Positions 36,465-42,147 of a DNA stretch of 42,147 nucleotides are shown piece after piece. Where the stretch lies: the NCBI GenBank assembly GCA_964522545.1, contig CAZFWM010000015.1, forward strand, positions 1-42,147, written 5' to 3'. The position numbers were made by a program, and so were the translations under genes. The notes under the pieces were generated by a model, which was not told where the DNA came from, made no database searches, and saw nothing but the letters and a program-made list of their open reading frames with translations. The stretch is from an uncultured Thermodesulfobacteriota bacterium (lineage in GTDB: Bacteria; Desulfobacterota; DSWW01; CAZFWM01). Every line of letters starts with the position of its first letter. The stretch's first letter is position 1.

Positions 36465-37981
36465 TCCGGCCCTCTCAGCTCTGTGCCGAAGTAAGTGAAT
36501 ATCACATAGCTGAGTAAAAACATGGTAAATACGGCAATGGCCCCCATCCTGGTTGAATCCGTCTTCTTAATGGTCCAGACCGACCAAGCCATCATAAATC
36601 CGACCCAGATCGTTCCCGGATTTACCAGGATAATCAATAATTGAGGGACTTCCGGCCACCAGGTTCTGAGCCAGCCGTAGTTGATGACTATTGCGAGCAG
36701 GCCGATGACGACTGCGGTCCCGACGACAAATGACTTCAGCGCGACGAACCAACCCTGCCGGTTCGAAAACCAGATGCCGACATAGTCTCGCTCTCTGTCG
36801 AGATAGGGAATCAAGGCGAGTCCCAGAAGCGCCAATCCGGGAAGGGCTATGCCGCCCATGAATGCGGAGTAAGACACCAGTTCCTGTAGCCCGAGAAAAT
36901 ACCAAGGGGCCTTTGCTGGATTCTCTGGGATGAGAGGATTGGCGAGCTCCCGAAGTGGTGCGTTGACGTGAAATGCATACACGACCACAGCCGCCAGACA
37001 GAATATGAAGACCGCCGCCTCGGCACGGAGAAGATGGGGCCAGCTCATTACCGTGTTCTCTACATCCTGATCGACTGCAGGGGTTTTGCCATGGGGAAGC
37101 GCCATAAGGCCATAGGTCTTGTGTGTCGAAAATTGCCCTTCCTTCTTTTCAGGGAGCCTTCGATCACCAATGGCCTCGTCCTCCGACTCGAAACCGTCCG
37201 GCCTCGTGAGCCCCCCATCTTTTCTCACTCGCCAGAAATGCACCCCTAAAAGGATGGATATGATGAGCGGAAGAAGCACAATGTGAAGCAAATAGACTCT
37301 GACAAGAGATTCCTGGCCCGGAATCGAGCCTCCGAGAAAAATTTCTTTTGAAGCGCCCCCGACGTCAAAAAAGCCGGTCACCCCAAAAATGTCTGTGATC
37401 TCCTTCGGGGACTGAACGATATTCGCAACAATGACGAACGCCCAGTATGCGAGCTGATCCCATGTCAGCAGATAGCCTGAGAGGTTCAATGCAAAGGTAA
37501 GTACAAGGAGCGCAATCCCGATGAGCCAGTTGAACTCCCTCCCCTTCTTGTATGAGCTGGTGTAAAAGACCCTTGCCATATGGAGTATGACAAAGATGAT
37601 CATCGCCTCCCCGGCCCATTTGTGAATATTTCGCATGAGTCTTCCGGAATAAACAACGTAGCTGATGTCCTTTACGCTGCTGTATGCGTTTTCCACCGAC
37701 GGGTGATAATAGATCATGAGAAGGGCGCCCGAGATGAAAGTGATGATAAGCAGATAGAATGCGATAAGGCCCAGCCCGAGAGTATAGGCCGGCCTTAGTG
37801 TATTCAGATGGGTCCTGACACCCTGGATGTGGAGGAAAAAGTTGTTGACCATAACGGCGGCTCTCGACCTGTCGGATGACGGTCTGCCGCCTCTTAAAAA
37901 AGAGCGTACGAATGATTGCTTAATCGTTTTTATATTTTTTTTGAATGCGTCGATTCCTGACCGGTTCGCCTCAGGCATCAT
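36422..37981 (-). CDS. Cytochrome b of a Rieske/cyt b (bc1/b6f-type) complex, long fused form
   Basis: 519 aa. Helix-B and helix-D bis-His ligands (RNIHKWAGEAMIIFVILHMARVF; YLLHIVLLPLIISILLGVHFWRVR). Additional C-terminal TM helices (subunit-IV-like). Confidence 0.8.
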   Translation of the reverse strand: MMPEANRSGIDAFKKNIKTIKQSFVRSFLRGGRPSSDRSRAAVMVNNFFLHIQGVRTHLNTLRPAYTLGLGLIAFYLLIITFISGALLMIYYHPSVENAYSSVKDISYVVYSGRLMRNIHKWAGEAMIIFVILHMARVFYTSSYKKGREFNWLIGIALLVLTFALNLSGYLLTWDQLAYWAFVIVANIVQSPKEITDIFGVTGFFDVGGASKEIFLGGSIPGQESLVRVYLLHIVLLPLIISILLGVHFWRVRKDGGLTRPDGFESEDEAIGDRRLPEKKEGQFSTHKTYGLMALPHGKTPAVDQDVENTVMSWPHLLRAEAAVFIFCLAAVVVYAFHVNAPLRELANPLIPENPAKAPWYFLGLQELVSYSAFMGGIALPGLALLGLALIPYLDRERDYVGIWFSNRQGWFVALKSFVVGTAVVIGLLAIVINYGWLRTWWPEVPQLLIILVNPGTIWVGFMMAWSVWTIKKTDSTRMGAIAVFTMFLLSYVIFTYFGTELRGPDWEFYWSKSQWPIH

Positions 37982-37987
37982 CTCTCC

Positions 37988-38464
37988 TTATACTGAGACC
38001 TTTAACAGGGTTCCTTGCTTTACTTCCTTGGCCGCATCGACCACCAGGCTGCCATCCACACTCTGACTTATTTCAAGCCATGGCAAGGCTCTCGGTGCAG
38101 GTCCGGCAATAACCTTTCCATCTTGAGTGTATTTCGAGCCGTGACAGGGACACTTGAAACCGGTTTCAGCGATGGCTACTATACAGCCGAGATGTGTGCA
38201 AACACCGGATATGGCGTGGAGCCCGTCACTGTCTGAAAAGATGAAAACCTTTCTGTCGGCGAGTTTTTTCACTGTGCCCACAGGAAAATTCTCGGGTCTG
38301 CCGATCTTGAATTTTCTTGATTTCTCATAAAAAACGTTGGGCTTTGCCATTCTGAGCATCCCGGCTAGAACAGACAGAGATGACAAAATAACGATTCCTA
38401 AAGACGCCAGCCCCAGAACACTTCGTCGTGTCATTCCCGCTTCTTGTTGGGGTTCATCGTTCAT
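37988..38464 (-). CDS. Rieske [2Fe-2S] iron-sulfur protein
   Basis: 158 aa. Tat-like anchor [15 protein letters not shown]. Cluster boxes CTHLGC and CPCHGS. Confidence 0.85.
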   Translation of the reverse strand: MNDEPQQEAGMTRRSVLGLASLGIVILSSLSVLAGMLRMAKPNVFYEKSRKFKIGRPENFPVGTVKKLADRKVFIFSDSDGLHAISGVCTHLGCIVAIAETGFKCPCHGSKYTQDGKVIAGPAPRALPWLEISQSVDGSLVVDAAKEVKQGTLLKVSV

Positions 38465-38592
38465 TGATCCACACTCCCTTGTCGAGTCGCACCGGCAGAG
38501 TCGATGGATGGCTCGGATTCGTCATATTATTTAGATATTTTGTAACGCTGAAACGCTCCCGATACTTTCAATCAGCGCTGGCCTCTACTTGT

Positions 38593-39318
38593 TCATCCGG
38601 TTTCCACCCATGCAAGCTCAACGGCCTGTGGTCCCCCCGTGGTGAACAGGCCGGTGTAAAACCCGATCAGGCCCATTGCCGGGAAGGGGAAGCTTACGGG
38701 CAGATGCAGGGGCGGTTCGATGGCCGGCAGTTGAACGGGCCAGAGCGGGATGATCCGAACCGTCGGGGACGTGAGGATCAGATAGTTCGACCAGGTGGCC
38801 GGCTCCGGCAGGCCCATCGTGAAGTCGAGATGCAGGGATCCGGCCGCATAGGATGCGTCCAGGGAACAGGTGAACACCGCGGTGACGCAGTCCGGATCGT
38901 CCCCGTCGTAGAGGCAGTCCCCGTCGTTGTCGAGAAGATCTTCGCATTCGTCCAGGCAGGCGCTGAGATCGGTCTCCTCGGTGGGAGGGGTCGAGCCGTG
39001 GCATCCGACGCAGGACGTCGGTCCCCCGGCGCACTGGTGATGGCGGGAGAGGCCGCGGTCCTTGTGGCAGTTGTCACAGACTGTCCTCTGCAGGGCCGGG
39101 TTGTACTGGTGGCAGTAGTTGCAGTTGCCCTGGATACAGGTCAGGGGCTCATGGGTCTGGTGCCATGCCTGTCCGGTCGGATGCCCCAGGGCGAACTCAT
39201 GGCAGCCTGAGCAGGAACTGAAGCTCGAATAGGCCATCGCCGAGCCCACAATGGAAAATACGAAGATGAGAGCAAGCAGGGCAATGAACGATTTTCGCGG
39301 TATCATGAATCTCCTCAT
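38593..39318 (-). CDS. Secreted tetraheme cytochrome c with a Cys/Asp-rich motif and the conserved ~90-aa C-terminal domain shared with ORF 2103..2990
   Basis: Signal peptide. Four CxxCH motifs (CSGCH, CNYCH, CDNCH, CVGCH). CLDECEDLLDNDGDCLYDGDDPDC. C-terminus ATWSNYLILTSPTVRIIPLW…GLIGFYTGLFTTGG…LAWVETG. Likely first gene of the Rieske/cyt b operon. The start could be the internal ATG at 39306. Confidence 0.65.
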   Translation of the reverse strand: MRRFMIPRKSFIALLALIFVFSIVGSAMAYSSFSSCSGCHEFALGHPTGQAWHQTHEPLTCIQGNCNYCHQYNPALQRTVCDNCHKDRGLSRHHQCAGGPTSCVGCHGSTPPTEETDLSACLDECEDLLDNDGDCLYDGDDPDCVTAVFTCSLDASYAAGSLHLDFTMGLPEPATWSNYLILTSPTVRIIPLWPVQLPAIEPPLHLPVSFPFPAMGLIGFYTGLFTTGGPQAVELAWVETG

Positions 39319-39449
39319 TTTCCGTGGTCAATGTATTAACCTGACGAGACACACGGTCAGCTAAATCAGTAAAGAATGCATGGGTATTCTGGGATTGAAA
39401 TACTACTATATCAATATATGCTTGTCAAGCATGATATTTGATCCCCCCC

Positions 39450-39502
39450 TTGACGGGAAATCCTCCTCGGGCTATTATTATGTTATTCAATTGATCAATT
39501 GA
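39450..39502 (+). promoter_or_regulatory. Sigma-70-like promoter (TTGACG-N17-TATTAT) followed by a perfect 16-bp palindrome TCAATTGATCAATTGA overlapping the RBS (candidate ArsR-type autoregulatory operator)
   Basis: TTGACG at 39450..39455. TATTAT at 39473..39478. The palindrome at 39487..39502 is its own reverse complement. A second perfect 7-1-7 palindrome ATGCTTGtCAAGCAT lies at 39418..39432. Confidence 0.45.
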
Positions 39503-39513
39503 GGAATAGATGA

Positions 39514-40185
39514 ATGGCCAGCAAAAACCGGATATTCAAAGACGCCATCTACGAGCAGTTCGCCCGGATCGGCAAGGCGGTCTCCAGCCCCAAACGCCTG
39601 GAGCTCCTGGATCTTCTCTGCCAGGGGGAGAGGACGGTCGAAGTCCTCTCTTCTGAAGCGGGCATGCCCGTGGCCAACGCCTCCCAGCACCTCCAGGTTC
39701 TGCGTGCCGCGCGGCTCGTGGAAGCCCGGAAGGAAGGTGTTTTCGTCTCCTACCGCATGGCCGACCAGACGGTCTGCGAGTTCTTCCGCGCCATGCGTGT
39801 GCTCGCCGAGGGTCGATTGGCCGAGGTGGAGCAGATCACCCGCCGATTCCTGGAGGGACGGGAGGGGATGGAGCCGGTCGACCGCGATGTCCTGCTGAAA
39901 CGCGTCAGGAAAGGGACCGTGACCGTGCTCGACGTGCGGCCGGTCGAGGAGTACCGGTCCGGCCACATTGAGGGGGCCATATCCATCCCCCTGAAAGAGC
40001 TCGAGCGCCGCCTCGCCGAGCTGCCACGGGACCAGGAGATCGTGGCCTACTGCCGGGGCCCCCACTGCGTTCTCGCGGTGGAGGCGGTCGAGCTCCTTCA
40101 TGCGAAGGGGTTCCAGGCGATCCGCCTCGAGGATGGCGTGCAGGATTGGCGCGCCCATGGATTCCGGGTGGAAGAGGGGGAGTAG
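39514..40185 (+). CDS. ArsR/SmtB-family transcriptional regulator fused to a rhodanese domain with a CxGxxC active-site motif
   Basis: 223 aa. HTH …LELLDLLCQGERTVEVLSSEAGMPVANASQHLQVLRAARLV. Rhodanese domain with YCRGPHC loop. Confidence 0.75.
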   Translation: MASKNRIFKDAIYEQFARIGKAVSSPKRLELLDLLCQGERTVEVLSSEAGMPVANASQHLQVLRAARLVEARKEGVFVSYRMADQTVCEFFRAMRVLAEGRLAEVEQITRRFLEGREGMEPVDRDVLLKRVRKGTVTVLDVRPVEEYRSGHIEGAISIPLKELERRLAELPRDQEIVAYCRGPHCVLAVEAVELLHAKGFQAIRLEDGVQDWRAHGFRVEEGE

Positions 40186-40227
40186 AAACCGACGCCGGGG
40201 AAAAGCCGGCGATAAGGGAGGTCTTCA

Positions 40228-41970
40228 ATGAATTTTCGGAAAAGGATGACCCTGGCCTTTGCGGCCCTTGTCGTGACGATCGGCCCCCTCTGGCTCGCGA
40301 ACCGTCCTGTGCCCCAGAGAGAAATCACATGGGAGGACGTGGTCACAGAAGCCCGGGATGGGGGATACAGGCTCATTCCCATGGAAGAGCTATGGAAGCA
40401 TTATCAAAAAAACCCGGAAAACCTTCTGCTGGTGGACACACGGCAGGACTGGGAGTTCCGGACGGGGCATATCGAAAGTGCCCTGCACTTTCCGATGGAA
40501 CCGACGCGGTGGGCTCGATGGAGCAGGCAGGGAGCCATGAAGGCAACCCTGGGCCCCGACAAGAATCGATTCATTATCTTCTATTGAGCGGGCCTGGCAT
40601 GAGTCCGCAGTGACTCGGCGGCCCGGGTGGCCGTCACGCTCGGTTATGAAAACGTTTTCCGCTATGCCCGGGGATATCCGGAATGGCAGGCCCACGGCCT
40701 TCCGACAACAAGCGCCCCGGCGGGCGCCTCCGAAACAGCGGCGGAGCCCCCGGCGCCCGGCCCCCTGCACGGATGGGCCATGGTCTTGACTCTTCTGGGG
40801 ATATTCGCCGGGGGCATGGCCCTCAACCTGACACCCTGCGTCTATCCTCTGATTCCCATCACGGTCTCTTACTTCGGCGGCCGGAGCGGCCAGAGCCGGG
40901 GAAGGCTTTTTCTCCATGGCCTGAGCTACATCGGCGGCCTGGCCGTCACCAATTCCGCCCTGGGAGTCGCCGCGGCCCTGACCGGAGGCCTCATGGGGGC
41001 CATGCTCCAGAATCCCGTCGTGCTGCTCGCGGTCGCGGCTGTTCTGGTCCTTTTTGCCTCCAGCCTTTTCGGATTCTGGGAGCTGCGCCTGCCCGACGGC
41101 CTGACCCGCGCGGCCTCGAAATCCTTTGCCGGCTATTTCGGCAGCCTCTTCATGGGGCTGACCCTGGGAGTCGTGGCCGCACCCTGCATCGGACCTTTCG
41201 TTCTGGGGCTGCTCACCTGGGTGGCCGGCGCGGGAAGCCCATGGCTCGGTTTTCTGGTCTTCTTCACCCTGAGCCTGGGCCTGGGCCTGCCGCTTTTCGT
41301 CCTGGCCATCTTCTCGGGAAAGCTGGAGAAACTCCCCCGCTCTGGGGAGTGGATGATATGGGTGCGAAAACTCATGGGCTGGGTCCTGGTCGGCATGGCC
41401 GCCTATTTCGTGCGCCCTCTTTTACCCGGCGGCGCCAGGGCTATTCTACTCGCCGCGGTTATCCTCGCCGCCGGACTGCACATGGGATTGATCGACAGGA
41501 CGCGGGCCGGATTTCGCGCTTTTCAGTGGATAAAAGAAGGGACATGGCTGGCGGGCCTGGTCGCGGCCGCCCTCCTGATAGGATCATGGGCCATGCACGG
41601 CCCCGGGGTGGCCTGGCAGCCTTACTCGGATCAGATCGTGTTGGAGGCCGCAAAATCGGGGAAACCGGTGATCATCGATTTTTCCGCCGCCTGGTGCTCG
41701 CCCTGCCGCAAGCTGGACGAGGTGACCTTCCGCGATCCTGAAATCGTCAGACAGGCGGCGCGCGATTTCATCACGGTGAAAGTCGATCTCACATGCAAGG
41801 GCGGTCAGGACCATGAACGTCTATTGCGAATATATGAGGTTAAAGGTGTTCCGACCGTCCTGTTTTTGGACAGTGCGGGAAGGGAGCGTCAGGACCTTCG
41901 CCTGCTGGATTTTCTGCCGCCCGATCGGTTTTTAATAAGTATGTCCAAGGTAAGGACAACTCGCGACTAA
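40228..41970 (+). CDS. Rhodanese - CcdA/DsbD transmembrane - thioredoxin fusion protein, read through two in-frame TGA codons (40585..40587 and 40600..40602). Candidate selenoprotein with a U-x4-U motif
   Basis: Single frame from ATG 40228 (RBS AAGGGAGG) to the stop at 41970, interrupted only by two TGAs. N-terminal anchor. The rhodanese domain runs across both TGAs (…LLLVDTRQDWEFRTGHIESALHFP…FIIFY-TGA-AGLA-TGA-VRSDSAARVAVTLGYENVFRYARGYPEWQAHGLP). The CcdA/DsbD TM domain has TPCVYPLIP and APCIGPFVLG. The C-terminal thioredoxin fold has WCSPC. In the paralogous rhodanese upstream (YCRGPHCV…), both TGAs align to Cys. Confidence 0.55.
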
Positions 41971-41992
41971 TCCCATAAGGAAGGAGTGCAAA

Positions 41993-42147
41993 ATGATTCG
42001 TGGATTAATAATCGTGCTCGTTTCGATCCTGTTCACCTGCACAATGGCAGGCCCGGCCCGGGCAGGGTTCGAGTTCCAGATCACGGAGCATGCCAAGGGC
42101 GAGATCGGCTTCTGGACGCAGGCCTGGTATCAATATGTGGAGGACGG
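41993..42147 (+). CDS. Secreted protein, 5' partial (continues beyond window end)
   Basis: ATG at 41993 preceded by AAGGAGTG. Signal peptide MIRGLIIVLVSILFTCTMAGPARA. Open to the window edge. Confidence 0.4.
   Translation, partial: MIRGLIIVLVSILFTCTMAGPARAGFEFQITEHAKGEIGFWTQAWYQYVED

Overview
This 42-kb window looks like part of a high-GC, probably anaerobic, Gram-negative genome. It carries many multiheme cytochromes, a sigma-54 regulated nitrogen-assimilation cluster and Tat-exported respiratory enzymes.

Two compositional zones are visible:
- **Positions 1 to ~7700** are visibly AT-richer and look accessory. This zone holds a minus-strand cluster of secreted proteins: two paralogous repeat-rich tail-fibre-like proteins, a Cys/Asp-rich MopE-motif protein and a C10 (streptopain-like) cysteine peptidase split by an IS200-family insertion. 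A 667-bp hairpin-rich non-coding stretch follows.
- **The rest of the window** is GC-rich core-like sequence with three functional blocks, plus the genes between and after them.

The three blocks are:
1. **Nitrite/NO-stress-type block (minus strand).** Rrf2 regulator, HPP-family (nitrite-transporter family) membrane protein, hemerythrin, siroheme nitrite/sulfite reductase, TSUP permease, CDF-like protein.
2. **Nitrogen-assimilation block.** GAF-AAA+ sigma-54 activator, a textbook sigma-54 promoter, then amtB-glnK-glnA.
3. **Respiratory redox module.**
   - An octaheme HAO-family cytochrome with a NapC/NirT tetraheme partner, whose membrane anchor is out of frame.
   - A GltD-like FAD/FeS NAD(P)H oxidoreductase.
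   - A long minus-strand operon: tetraheme cytochrome c, Rieske, cytochrome b, Tat-exported NarG/NxrA-like molybdoenzyme, NarH/NxrB, EbdC/NxrC-like gamma subunit, NarJ-like chaperone, hexaheme cytochrome c.

Other genes between these blocks: a porin, an FMN-binding protein, an 880-aa tandem-duplicated GGR/FixC-like flavoprotein, an unannotated secreted protein, and a flotillin. At the 3' end are an ArsR-rhodanese regulator, a rhodanese-CcdA/DsbD-thioredoxin fusion gene with two in-frame TGA codons, and a partial secreted ORF.

The most unusual observations:
- **(i)** Each TGA in the fusion gene aligns with one of the two Cys of the CxGxxC motif in the neighbouring paralogous rhodanese, suggesting a di-selenocysteine protein.
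- **(ii)** The Rieske/cyt b + periplasmic NXR/Nar-like + HAO gene linkage.
- **(iii)** A ~90-aa C-terminal domain shared by a tetraheme cytochrome and the MopE-motif protein.
- **(iv)** The apparent -1 frameshift in the napC-like gene at an X_XXY_YYZ heptamer.

No rRNA, tRNA or CRISPR array was recognised.
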